A stretch of DNA of 64,000 nt from the human T2T-CHM13v2.0 reference genome, Homo sapiens. Shown in pieces: positions 12,523 through 28,778 of the stretch. The translations under genes and the position numbers were made by a program. The stretch lies in assembly GCF_009914755.1 (NCBI RefSeq), contig NC_060934.1. One strand, 5' to 3'. How positions within the stretch are numbered: the first letter of the stretch is position 1; every line of letters starts with the position of its first letter. The notes beneath the pieces were generated by a model. It worked only from the letters and a program-made list of their open reading frames with translations, made no database searches and had not been told where the DNA came from.

Positions 12523-13972
12523 GGCCGGCCGGCAGGGCCGGGAGCGGCAGTGGTAGCGGGAGCGCTCGGGGCCGGCAGCGCCCGCCGTGCGCTCTTCTGG
12601 GCGGTGGAACCCGCCCCGTAGATTGCGAGCGCTGGGGGCGGGGCAGGGGCGGGGCTTCTGGAAGGGGCGGGGGCGGGGCGGAGCTCCTGGAAGGGGTCGA
12701 GGCGGAGCTGAGCGCCGGGGCGTGGCAGGTGCGGAGCTTCGGGAAGGGTAGGGGCGGGGCCGAGCCGGGGGCGGGGCAGGGGCGGGGCTAGTGCCTGGAG
12801 TGTCGCTAGGGAGTGGGTGGCCGCCACCAGTCTAGGGATGGGGGCTGTGGTTCGCCGGGACACGGGGACCACGGCTCAGACTAGACGGCGGGTACGAGAG
12901 CGAGGGAGGCAGGGAGCGTCCCCACGGGTATCCTGGGGCCCCGGAGGTCGGCGTCCCTGGCACGGGGACTGCTGTGCCCGGCACGGCGGCGGGACCTTCT
13001 CGCGGTCTCCGGGGGCCTCCCTCCCCTGCCTTCTTCGTGAAAACAGCCGGCGCGCGGGCTTCCGCCGCCCAGTGCGGGGAGCCCTAAACTCCAGCCTTCT
13101 GCTTTGCGCAGGGTGAGGCCGGGCTGCAGGCCCGGGATGCGGGCGGCGGGAATCTGCCGGGCAGAGCCCGGCTCACGGTCAGGAGGCGGCAGGCTGAGTC
13201 CAAGCGCTGCGCCAGAGGGTGGGGTGGGGCAGGGCGGGCCTGGCTGCGCGCGCGCACACGCGGGCGCCTGGGGTGGGCGCTAAGCCCTGAGCACGTGCGC
13301 CCGCGCTCTCGGGCACCCCCGTGCCATCCTCGCGACCCCCGTCCGGCCTGAGACCGCGTGCCCGAGTCGCCCAGGGTCCCCTTGTCCAGATGCGACAGGG
13401 GCCTCGGCACTCGGCGTATTTCGGAGGCCTGGGGCGCGGCTTGACCTCCGGGCACCTCTGCCCCTGCGCAGGGCCAGGCGCGACCTTGCGCGGAAAGTGC
13501 TGGGCGCCTTGGAGTGCCCTGGAGAAGGCGCGGCTCTGCATGGAGCCTCGCCGCCTGCCCCTGGAGCTTGTCACTGAAGAATCAGTTTTTGCTACCGGGC
13601 TGTTTGACTTTAGGAAGCCTTTACCTCCTTAAGTTCTGCCCTGTAACCAGGACACAAAGACGGGGTCTCTTCCTCCTCGGTGAAATCCTAGATGGGATTT
13701 CCTGCTGCCCGCCCGGACGATGAGCGGATCCCCAACATGGCTCCAAGGCCAGTGTCTCCCGCTCCCGTCCCTCCCACCGCACACAACTGTCTACCCTGTC
13801 ATTCAGCCACTGTGAGCCCTGCCTCCCCACGGCCTTTGACATTCAGTGTGGCCGCCCGCCCTAACCGCCTGATGCATGAAATGTGAGCACGGGAAGTCTG
13901 TGTGGCTTCTGGGCCAACAGGAGCCCCCATCCCTTGGGGACTATAAGGAATGGAACCATGCCCATCTACCTA

Positions 13973-14062
13973 GGACATGCACCCGCCTGGACATGCACCC
14001 GCCTGGACATGCACCCGCCTAGGACATGCACCCACCTGGACATGCACCCGCTTAGGACACAT
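13973..14062. repeat. 16-17 bp tandem repeat x ~5.5
   Basis: ggacatgcacccgcct units at 13973, 13989, 14005, 14022, 14038 and a partial copy at 14055. Confidence 0.85.
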
Positions 14063-16153
14063 GGCATGCATTTCACTACTGAGATTTAGAGGGTATTTTT
14101 ATGGCAGCATAACCTAGGTTACCTGACCAACCAGCCACCGCAGCTCTCCCTGCCTGGCTAGCACAAACGCATCGGTCTCTAACTTCCAGTGCACAGAGCC
14201 GAGTTTTCAGCCCTTGCAGCTGCGAAGCTCTGTTCCCTGCTCTCCCTCAAAGTTGCCATTCTCCAGCAGGCACGCAGAAGGCAGTGGGTTCAGCACCTGC
14301 CTCAGAGGAAGCCCTCGGTGCCCATCCCAGCAGGAGTGGTGAAGGAGCGTTTGGAAGGGGAGGTACCAAGGCAGGGCAGTGCCTGGAACCCTGCGTACCC
14401 GGTGCACACATCAGACTCCCCAGGGCTCCTCCCAAAACACGCAGCCTCTGAACTTACATCATCGCCTCTCCTCCTCTCCCTCTGACCCCTAAAAGTGGCA
14501 GAAAAGGAATAAAAGATATAACGTCCCCACCACCACCTAAGAGGGAACAGGAGAAGGGAAGACATGTTAATAGACTTCAGACAGCAGGTAGAAAGCTGAC
14601 TCTGAAGATTGGAGAGGCTGAGGACCTGCAGGTAACCAGGACCCCAAAAGGCGGGAGAATGTGAATACAGCCAGAGCCCAGGACGCCTCCCCGGCCCGGG
14701 CAGTTGGGGATGGACAGTCCTCTGGTCTGAGGGTCCAAAGGGGCTCTTGACCTAGGGATACCAAGTCCTGCAGAAGACAAGAGTGCAGGGGGGCAGAGGG
14801 GTTCATGGGGACATCTGCACACTTAACTAGGAGACCCTCCAACCTCACCCTTGCTGTGAGCCTCAAACACCAAGCCAGGCACCTGCCTCTCAGTCAGGAA
14901 ACAGGAAGGATCTGTAGGGAAACAGCAGCTCCCAAAAGAATGCCGGGTCCTAAGATTTGGCCAGTGCAGATCAGCCCTGGAGGGGCCTGTGGGCTCAGGG
15001 CACAACTCTTGTACTGTCCAGGTGCAACTCTTGTACTGTCCAGCCACGGCTCAGGGTCCAGGCAAACACAAGACTGAGCGTTAAGAGGTGCACAGTGTAG
15101 GCATGAGACAGGAGGGGTCAGGAACTGCTGTCCCCAAGAGGATGCCAACCCCTGGTGCCTCATGGGAGGTAGCTCTGAAGTTCTAGGGGGATGCTGGGAG
15201 GGACTGAGGCTGGGACAGAGTCAGCTGTGGATGGGAAGGGGCAGTGAGGCCAGTAGAGAATTCCTGAGTTCCCCTGTGTGCCCATGCTGCCCGGGAACGT
15301 CAACTTCATTAGGGCAGCGATGGTGTCTGCCCCTTCCAATGACAGGAGACCAAGTGACAATGTGACAGATAAATGCATTCAGTGCACTGACGTCTAGCAC
15401 GCAGGAGCACACAGGAAGGCACATGGCTGGGCAGCACGTGCATGATCGTGGGACCACTTTAGCTTGGGTAGTCCAGCATGAGTCTCTGAGCAGGTGACCT
15501 TGATGCTGAGGCCGGAGCATGAACGAGTAGCCCAAGGGAGGCCAGGTGTCCGGGTTCCAACAGCAGGAGCTGGCCCTAAGGTAGAAACCGGCTTGTGCGG
15601 GAGGACAGGAGGGTCCATGCTGCAGGACAGCAAGTGAGTGGCCGTGGCATGTGCTGAAGGGCTGGGGGTGGTTTGGGGGACAAGGTGCAGTCCCTGACAC
15701 CAGGCTTCATGTGCATTTGTTCATAATTCGTCCATAAAGCCACGCCTCCTGAGGGACATGCCTTGGACATGGGTCCTCCGTTGCCACATAATTGGCACAC
15801 AGCTCAGTCACACCGAGATGTGTGCTTCATCTTCTGTCATCATTATGAAATTAACACATGCTCTGCCCACGCCTTTGTTAAGAGTCCTTTTATTAAATCT
15901 CCTCAGATCACACGATTCGTGTGTGCTGTTTCCTGCTGGAAAACACATCTCAGAACTGACCCCCAAAACAGGAAATGGGCTCCCATGGGACTCCGATGCT
16001 GGTGTCCACCTATGTGGAGAATCCACGGACAGCCTCCCTCCTGGGAAATGGAAGACAGATGGCCGTGGCGCCCTCAGATTCAGCCCTGGCGGGGCCTGGG
16101 ACTGAGGATTCTTGGAAGGCCAGGGCCTTGGAGCCCACGTGTGGGGACACTTG

Positions 16154-16167
16154 GTTGCTATGGTGAC
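16154..16167. promoter_or_regulatory. RFX X-box motif
   Basis: GTTGCTATGGTGAC fits the palindromic X-box GTTRCCATGGYAAC class. Confidence 0.5.
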
Positions 16168-16369
16168 AGTATTGATTTTAAAGGTCATGTGGCCACCTGG
16201 TGACTCAGGAAGGAGCACAGCGACGGAGAACATGCAGGACGGGCTGCAGCCACTAGGAAGGAGCCCTCGCCCCCACTGCAGTGCGCCGGGGCCGAGCATG
16301 AGTTCACCGCTCAGCTCTGCTTAAGGACCCACAACCCCAGCCCCTGCTGCCACCATCATCACGTTGCCT

Positions 16370-16570
16370 TTTCATCTGTCTACTCCGCCCTTTTCTTCCT
16401 CTATAAGGACACTTGTCATTGGACTTAGGGCCCACCCTACTCCAGGATGATATCATCTTGAGATCCTTAACTTAGTTACATCTGCAAAGATCCTCTTTCC
16501 AGATAAGGTCACATTCACAGGGCCGGCACGGACATGTCCTTTGGTGGCAAAAGGCCACCATTTAACCCAC
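16370..16570 (-). mobile_element. MaLR LTR fragment (MLT1-like)
   Basis: tataaggacacttgtcattggacttagggcccaccc...ttacatctgcaaaga...aaggtcacattcacagg is typical of MLT1. Confidence 0.65.
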
Positions 16571-16643
16571 CACATCCATGGGCAGCATGGATTCACCACA
16601 CCCTACAGCCCCAAAGTCCCAACCATTACAGCAGCAACTCTAA

Positions 16644-16956
<313 letters not shown>

Positions 16957-17311
16957 TCTCGTCTAAATATTTTCAGCTCGAAAGTCTCCAAGACTCATTG
17001 TCTAAATCATGCCTGATTTAGACAATCAGAAATGATGTCCAAGACTCATTATCTAAATCAGGCATGGGTGAGACCTCAGTTCAATCCATTCTGGGCAAAA
17101 TTCCCCTTTATCTGTGTAACTGTGAAACTGGAAAATATGCTTCCAAGGTACAGTGATGAGATAGGCATAAGATATACATTCCCATTTCAAAAGGGAGAAA
17201 TAAGAAGGAATAAAAAGAGTCATCGGTCCCAAGTAAGTTCAAATCCAGCAGGGCAAGTTCCATGAGGTTTCAAGGCCTGGCAAGAATTCTTGGTGGCTCA
17301 ATGCTGCACTA

Positions 17312-17935
17312 CGTAAACTAAAATTAAAACCATAAGCCCCCAACCGATGGGACAGACCCGCTCTTGGCCAAGGAAACTCCAGAAAAACCTTAAAACTGAG
17401 TTCCAGGCCAGATGCAGTGGCTCATGCCTGTAGTCCCAACACTTTGGGAGGCCGAGGTGGGCGGCTCACTTGAGGTCAGGAGTTCGAGACCAGCCTGGCC
17501 AACATGGCAAAACTCTACCTCTACTAAAAATACAAAACTTAGCCAGGCGTGGTGGCACACGCCTGTAATACCAGCTACTCAGGAAGCTGAGGCATGAGAA
17601 TCACCCGAACCTGTGAGGTGGAGATTGCTGTGAGCCGAGATCACGCCACTGCACTCCAGCCTGGGCGACAGAGCGAGACTCTGTCTCAAAAAATAAAATA
17701 AAATTAAATTAAAAACCTGAGTTCCTGGCTATGATGGTGGGATGGGAGGTCAGACGGGTCTCCTGATACCCCCTCCCTTTTACGGTTTAGACACAACAAC
17801 CAACCAGCTTTAATGTTAAGCTGGAGACCATAAGACAAACGGAATGGCTCTTTGTGGCAATAAGATACCAAATTATAAACAGGACCTAAGGCCATGCCGA
17901 GTGACGGTTAAGTCACACACTCTACCCTTACAGCA
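17312..17935 (+). mobile_element. ERV1 MER4-group LTR fragment, split by an Alu
   Basis: gtaaactaaaattaaaaccataagccccc...ggccaagg start, continuing after the Alu. Subfamily uncertain. Confidence 0.55.
17406..17703 (+). mobile_element. AluS
   Basis: Full dimer with A-rich tail; aaaa(c)ctgagttcc-like duplication on both sides. Confidence 0.93.
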
Positions 17936-19477
17936 GCTAACAAGCACTGGCCTTGAGATGAGCAACATTAAACGCCGTGGCTGTTTACCATCCACACAGA
18001 GGCAGCCTCTAAGGCTAAAAAGGACCCTTCCACACGGGCCACACGACAGACATTTGCCAAGCACCTGCTCCATGCTAGGCACTGCAGCAGACACTGCTGA
18101 CATAGTGAATGGTCAGATGGAGCGTGCACCCCTCTCAGCGAGGGAGACGGGAACCCAGTGGATAGCAGGCAAAGAGGGGATGCACAGAGGGCTGCGAGAG
18201 CAGGAGTGGATGCCAGTCCTGACAGAGCATGAGGGACACCCCCTCGAGGCAGCCCACAGCAGAGCTGACACCTGACAGATGGGCAGACGTCAGCCAAAGG
18301 GGAGCAGGAGAGCAGCCCTCCGGGCAGAACATGGGTAGCGTCCAAGAGGTGAGCAAGAATGTGATGCTTTAGAAGAAAGGAATGAATGAAAGGCCAGGCT
18401 GGTTAAGCTGGAGAGATTGAGGCAGGGAGTGGCAAGAGACGAAGGCTAAGGAGATGACAAGGACCAGGTCAAGAGGCCTCATGAGCTCCGTGGAAGGTGC
18501 TAGCTCTGGCTTCCTGAAAGGCTGCTGAAATGGGGGTTGTTTAAGACCCATGCAGTGAACTTTGGCCAATGGAAAACCACTGCTGGGAGGATAAGCCACC
18601 TCTCCTTCCTCTTTCCCACAAGAGTTCGCAGGCAGAGTCTCTCTCCTGCCCATGTGAAGGCATCCTACCTGGCCAAGCAGGGCATCCATGGAGCAGCAGC
18701 CTCTGTCAGAACTCAGCCAGCCATAAGCCCTCGGCCAGCACCGCGATGCACCACCTTACCTGGGCCCCGCCCTTCTCTGCCCCTCTGCCCTTCTGCATCT
18801 ATATAAAGGAGGGGCAAATCAATTTCATGTTGAAAGACAATTCATCGCTCATAGCAGAACTAATAACACTCTGCCTGATAGCATGTGCAGATGTAAAACT
18901 GCACAACTTACAAAGGGCAAAGAGATGATGACACTGCTGAGCTTTTCTGACATTCCCTGGAAGTGGTGTTTTACAGCTCAGGTTTGACTGTGACAGACTG
19001 AGGGTGGCTATCGTGATCCACAGCAATGCCTTTAAAAAGTGGCCCAGCTAACGAGCCAACAGAGGAGATACAATGTAACTAAAATCACCAGGAGAAGATG
19101 AAAACAACCCATGGGACACAAGGAAAATAAAGAGCAGAGTGGTAGAGTTCATCATTACAGTAAACGTAAATGGACTACGCACTTCAATTAGAAGATAGAG
19201 ACCATCAGACTGGATACAAATGCAAGACCCTAATATGTATATGCTGATTCTAAAAGCTGCATCTTAAATATAAAGATGAATTATAACCTAAACACTAAAA
19301 AAGAATTTAAAAGTAAAAAGATGGAAAAAAGATATACCATGCAAATAATAATCATAAGAAAGGTGATGTAGCTATATTTATATCAGATAACGTAGACTTC
19401 AAGACAAAGAATATTATTAGAGATAAAAAGGAACATTTCAAATGATAAAAGGATCAATTATTTAAGAATACCTAACA

Positions 19478-20155
<678 letters not shown>

Positions 20156-20978
20156 AAGAATACCTAACAATCCCAAATATGTATGCGCCTAATAAGAAGA
20201 CTTCAAACTATATAAAGCAAAACTTGACAACCGGAGAGAAAAATAGACAAACGCACAGTCATAGTAGTAGAGCTTAACACTTCCATCTCAGGAATTGCTA
20301 GAACAGGTACACACATACGCAATTACTAAGGATATAGAAGTTTGGGCAACACTCTTAAGCAAGTTGACCTGATCGACATCTATAGAACACAATAACCAAT
20401 AACTGCATATTACACATTATTTTCAAGTGTGCAAGAAATATTAAATAGGATGTCATATCCTGAAACAAAATGAAAATTTTCAATAAATCTCAAAGGATTG
20501 AAATAATATATAATGTGTTATCTGAACACAATGAAATTAAGCATCAATTATAAAAGAGAGTCCAACATTTGGAAATTAAACAATAATCCATTATCAAATA
20601 ATGAATCACAAGGAAATTTAAAAATATTCAAATGGAATGATTATAAAACCCAAACTAATAAAATGTATGAGATGCAGCTAGTTTTAAATGCCTGTATGAG
20701 AAAAATAAGAGATGTTAAAAATCAGTTTTCTAAGTTCTGTCTTAAGAAGCTAAAAAAACCATTCCACAATGTATACATATTCTGAAACATCTTGTTGCAT
20801 GCCATAAGTATATATCATTTTTATTTGCCAATTAAAAAGAAAATAAATTGTAAAAAAAAATTTTAAAAATAAATTACATACCTTAAAAATCACTACTATA
20901 AGCCAATGTAGCAAAGATGGGAAGTTTTGTTCATGGGAGAAGAGAGTAAAGATGAGCTATAAAAAGTTAAAAAAATAA

Positions 20979-21271
<293 letters not shown>

Positions 21272-21420
21272 TCAGGAAAATCAGCAAAGCAAATCAGTGA
21301 TCCTTTAAAAAGTCATTAAAATGTATAAAGCCCCAGGATTACAGAATAAGGAGAAAGAGGAATTAGAATATTAGAAATGAAGAAAAGGCTATCATTCTAG
21401 AATCTAAAGATACTTAAAAG

Positions 21421-21666
21421 AGTCCAGGCGCGGTGGCTTATGCCTGTAATCCCAGCAATTTGGGAGGCAAAGGCTGGTGGATCACAAGGTCAAGAGATTG
21501 AGACCATCTTGGCCAACATGATGAAACCCCGACTCTAAAACTACAAAAATTAGGAGAATCACTTGAACCTGGGCTGGGAGGCAGAGGTTGCAGTGAGTCA
21601 AGATCATGCCACTGCACTCCAGCCTGGGACAGAGTGAGACTCCATCTCAAAAAAAAAAAAAAAAAA
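21421..21666 (+). mobile_element. AluS with internal deletion
   Basis: Part of the right arm is missing. TSD aaagatacttaaaaga on both sides. Confidence 0.88.
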
Positions 21667-22154
21667 GATACTTAAAAGATGAAGAAAGGCATGTTGTGAA
21701 AATGTAGTACCAGTACATTATATTTGTAACTCAGATAAAATGGAGAAACTATTTGAAAAATATAATTTATCTACAAGAGAAACTGAATTTGTAAGTTAAA
21801 ACTCCTTCCCAAAGAAAACTGAAAGTACTGAGACAATTGAAAATTTATATGAGAACAATAAACCTAGACCCTTACATAAATAACTCAAACTGAATCAGAG
21901 GCCTAAATGTAGGAGCTAACACTATAAAATTTCTAGAAGAAAACACAGGGGAAAATCTCTATGACCTCTAGTTAGGCCAAGAGTTATTACATGTGACACC
22001 AAAAGCATGAATGAGGCATAAAATTCATTCATTGGTCTTCACTAAAGTTAAAAACTTTGGCACTCAAAAATACACAATTAAGAAAACAGACAAGGGGAAA
22101 GGTTGGAAGTCATCTTTCTGGTGTAGGACTTGTACCCAGAACATATAGGACACT

Positions 22155-23411
<1,257 letters not shown>

Positions 23412-23584
23412 TTATTTTTTCTTCTTCCTGCCAACTGTTGCTACCTCTGAAGAAGCAAGTAAAAATTTAAACCTCCATGAGATACAACTACACACTTACT
23501 AGGATTGCCATAATTAAAAAAAAAAAACAGACAATACCAAGGGTTGGATGTGGCAGAACTGGAGTCCATATTTTGTTAAAGTGA

Positions 23585-23897
<313 letters not shown>

Positions 23898-26065
23898 TGA
23901 TACAGCTACACTGGAAAACAGTTCATTTATTTTAAATTTAAGCATAATCTTACCATATGACCCAGTAATTTCACTACCAGGAATCTAGCCAAGAAAAATA
24001 AAATATATGACTTAAAGATAGGTGCATGAATATTCATAGCAGCATGATTTCATAGCCCCAAACTGTAGATAGTCCAAATGTCCATCATCTGGTGAACAGA
24101 TAAACAAATAGTATATCCATTCAACAGAATATTATTCAGCAATAAAAAGGAATGAAATACTGATGCCTTCTACTACACGGATGGACCTCAAAATCATTAT
24201 TCTACATAAAACCAGATGAAAAGACGACATACTGTCTGACTCCATTTACCTAAAATGTGCACCCCATTGTCCAGGCAAATGTGTAGAGTCAGTGCTTCCC
24301 TAGGGCTGGGGTGAGAGCGGAATGGACTGCAGACAGCTGTGGGAATGCAGGGGCTGAGGGTACTCATCCTAAAGTGGGAGTGTGGGGATGGTATAAATTT
24401 ACTGTAAATTGAATAAAAATTGTGGTATTGTGTCTTCACAATGGCTTGTAGCCAAGGGTTTTTTTTTCCCCTTCCTTTTGTCATCTCTATTGAGGCATAA
24501 TTTACATAATATAAAACTCATCTATTGCACCTTAGATGGATTTTTTTTTTTTTGAGATGGAGTCTCACACTTTCTCCCAGGGTGGAGTATAATGGCACGA
24601 TCTCGGCTCACTGCAACCTCCGCCTCCCAGGTTCAAGCAACAATGAGAAAAAGTCTTAGAAACAGCTGTTTCCAGAAAAAAAAAAAAGTTACAGGAGACC
24701 TCATACAGTATGGCACATTTTTATGAGGTTTATAAAGCCAAGAAAAACTAGATGGCACATTGCGCGTGTGAATGATAAAATTCTAAAACAAGAGAAAAAT
24801 TCAGGAACATCCCACAATCCAGGCTGGGGAGGGGGCAGGTAGGGGATGGTGGGGGGTGTGCAGGATGGGTGCTATGGCTGAATGTGTCCTCCACTTTCAT
24901 GCTGGTTAAAGATAAACACAGCCCATTGCCAGAGTGGTGAGGGCAGACTGTGATTAGTCATAACTGTTGCAATGGGGAAGAGTCTAGCGTGACCTGACTC
25001 AGCTTGAATCTGCACGGCGGTGACTGCGGGTTTTAAAGGGACAGTGAGGGGTGGGGGTCCGCTGGGGCTCAGGAGAGCTGGGGAAGTGAAAACTTAAGAG
25101 TGGGAAGAGGGTGGGTCCACAGGAGACCCGTCTATAATAGGTTTGTTGGCCACGGTTATGGAAGTGAGGTCCCACCCCCGCAGAGGCTGGGGCACGGGGC
25201 CCTGTTCTCGGGTTGCTGGAGCCAAGAAGAGATCCTTTGGGCAGCTTAAGTTTTCTCAGGCAGGCATTTGGGGGGCTAGGTCACCCTTGGGATGCGGCCT
25301 GGAGTTCTTACAAATGATGCTGGCGTCCGTTCAATCCTTTGTGCGCCACGTTGAGGCCTGGTGGAGCAGAGGGCCTGGAGGAGCCTGGCTTGTGTGAGGT
25401 CAAGGGCAGACTTGATGTTATAACCCCCGGCTCCTCAGAATGTGACTATATTTGGAAATAGGGCTCCCTGTCCCCAGGAAGGCCAAGGCGTTGCCATCAT
25501 TGTGATTTCCTACAGTCCTGGCGCATCTGGGTGTCCTCACCCTCTGCTGGAATCTGTAAATTATTGGTCCAGCTTATCTGTCCATCTTATAATAAATGAC
25601 ATCTCCATACCCTGCCATGGCCTTGGGGTGGGTGCAGTGCACCTCACCATCCTGGGACTGGCTTGCCGTGTGGTTTGTTTGGCCAATGGGGTGTCAGGTG
25701 GGAGGGAGCAGAGAGGCCCAACTGGAGAGTGGGATGGAACACGGTGAGGCCTGACTGGTCAAAGGGATGTTGGGGGGATGCCAGCGAAGTGGGCCCTGGA
25801 TGTCCTCCCACAGCTACCGTCTTGCACCTTTGCATGTTCATGGGAGGCACATGGTGACCTGCTTGTCACAGAAGAATGAGACACCCATAGAATAGATGCA
25901 AGCTGCATCTGTGGCCCAGAGCCAAGACTGACCAAGCCCAGCCAAGCCCAGCCAAGCCCAGCCCACCTGCAGAGTAAGAGGTAAATGCTTGGCGTTCATG
26001 GTACTAATTTTGGGATGGTTTGTTATGTGGAATTCTGTTGAGACTAGCCAACTGGAGTCACGTCA

Positions 26066-26410
<345 letters not shown>

Positions 26411-28372
26411 TTGGTCATTCATTTTGAGGCTGTAAGATGCTTCCTTGTCTGGCTTCAGTGTGACGTATTTGTGCTTTCTCCCGTCCTGGCCTTTCCAGTG
26501 CTTTTGCTTAAATGCATGATCCCGCGGGGCACATTTTGGCACCTGTGTCCTGGTGCACGCCTCCATCTGCTTCTCTACTGGAGTCCAAAGGGGGAATTGT
26601 GGGGCTGTTGCACTTGAGAATTCAACCCTGCACAGGAGTCCCCAGATGCTCCCAAGATATTGACGAACACCCTCTCACAGCAGCGGGTTCCGTGGGCTTC
26701 ACCAGCTCACCAACACAAGGCAGCTGCTTTGCTGGTGCCAGTTGAGTGAGTGTAAGACTCACTCATCTGAAATACAATCTTGGATCAAATTGCATTTCTC
26801 TGACAGCTAGTAAAGTGAAGCATCTTTTATATTTTTATTGGCCATTTATTTCTCCTCTACTGTGAGCTATTGGTTTATATCTTTTTACCTATTACTATAA
26901 ATGTATCTCTATCTTTTCCCTATTGAATCATAGGAATGCTGCATACTATCTTTATCGGATTATAGTCTGGATACTAATCTTCATTGGATGTAAGAGTCGC
27001 CAGTATCTTCTCTCAGTTTTTGGCTGACTTAATTTTCTTTATGGTATCTTTCTGATGAACAGGATTATTTCTAGTATAGTGAATTTACCAATATTTATTT
27101 TTATGGTGTTTTTATATCTTGTTTAAAAATCCTTTCTTAGCCTAAGAACAAAGTAAAATTCACTGACATTTTCTCCTAAGGATGTGTATAAACTCTTGCA
27201 CTGGCGCATAGCATACCTGTGGGAAACTACACAGGTAATGGGCATGCATCTCAACCAAATTTCACGCCAGTGTAACTACCAGCACAGGAAGTAAAATGTT
27301 GCCAGCATCTTAGAAGCCCTGGAATTACTAAGCCCTTCCCAGGACCATACCACCCAGCAGGGGGAGGAGGCACCCTGATCTGGGAAGCCCTCCTGCCTGA
27401 CACCCATTTGGGGTCATCTGCAGTGGCCACTCTGTACTTTCTCCAGTGTCCTGGGGTGGAGGTCGTGGTTCTCTGCTCTCTCCACAAACATGTGCATGTC
27501 TCAGCCCCATTCTCTCTGGCCCAGGGACCAGTTTGGTTCGTGCGTCCCTCTCCTGAACACATTTGATCGCTTACTCAATCCCAGAGTGTTCTTACGAAAC
27601 CAAAAAGAACAGATAGCTGGTTCTGTGTCTGTGAAATGCAGGCCCTCTAAAATGCAAAGCCCAGGGAAGGAGGATGTCTCTTCCCTGGTCTAAGTGCTGC
27701 CCTGCGTCGGACTCACCACCCTTTCATTCTGTGTACTATGATTATTTCCCTTCCTACTGCTTGTCCTTACTGAAATAATGACGTTTTCAGTTGCTTAGTT
27801 TTTGTTGAACCTCTTGGGAATTCTTCCTGCCCCTTACAATAGGCTTACCATGTAATTTTCCACCAAATCAATTTCTCCTTGCACAGTGCATTCTGGGTCC
27901 AAAACCTGGCTCAAGTCTGGAAATGGGCCAGGAATCATGATTGTTACTGAGGTGCTTGCCCTTGGCTTCCTGGTCACCCATCCTTGATATCTCTTAACTG
28001 TATGGACTGAATAGTGCCATCACTGGCTGGCTTAAGACTCCATCCCTAGCGTTCTCACTGGCCTAGGCCAATACCAATGTTCACAGACTGTTGCCCACCC
28101 TGGCACCTCGTCAATGTATTTCCTCCAATAAAGACAGTTCCTTTCCAAGAGATGTGCTGATCTAATTGTGGCAGACAGAATAATGGCCCTCAGAGACGTC
28201 CATGTCTGAATCCCCAAAACCTGTGTCTATGTTAGGTACATGAATTCAGGTTAAAGAATTTAAGATAGAAGGTGGGGTGCATGGGGATTGGAGGCTCACA
28301 GGCCATGAGATTGGCTTGGGATGGGGTGATGGATGGAGCTAAACCATTTTGCACCCAAGTCTCAAGGCCAGT

Positions 28373-28778
28373 GTCTTGGTCCATTTTCTGTTGCTACAAA
28401 GAATACCTGAGGCTGGGTTATGATTTATACAGGAAAGATGTTTACTTGACTCAGTTTTGAAGGCTGGGAAGCCCAAGAGAACGGCAACAGTTTCTGGTGG
28501 TGCTTTTGTCCTGCATCATGACACAGAAGCGAAGTGGAAGGGGGAGTGGGACAAAACATGAGGGGTGGCCTCATGTTATAATAACCCAACCTGTGGCAGT
28601 TAATGCTGTCCGGAGAGAGCGGGAAGCCACTCACTCCCTCAAGAATTAGCCCAGTCCCTAAAGAGCAGCATTAATCTCTTAATGGCCTAACCACACCTTA
28701 AACCCCACCTCCCAACACACCCACACCTGGACCAAATTTCCAGCATATGAATTCCAGGAACCCACTCCAATCACAGCA
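28373..28778 (-). mobile_element. MaLR LTR (MST-like)
   Basis: tgtcttggtccattttctgttgctacaaagaatacctgaggctgggt...ccccacctcccaacac...caatcacagca. Confidence 0.65.

Larger units (their letters stand above)
11750..13560. promoter_or_regulatory. STK32C: CpG island / STK32C main promoter with GC boxes
   Basis: Very CpG-dense. Several GGGGCGGGGC boxes at ~12635-12790, just upstream (minus sense) of the first coding exon. Confidence 0.88.

Noticed and set aside
11836-12872. Several ORFs over 200 aa across the STK32C CpG island
   Set aside because: Stop-poor GC-rich DNA. Only the 12481 frame has family similarity together with a matching donor phase.
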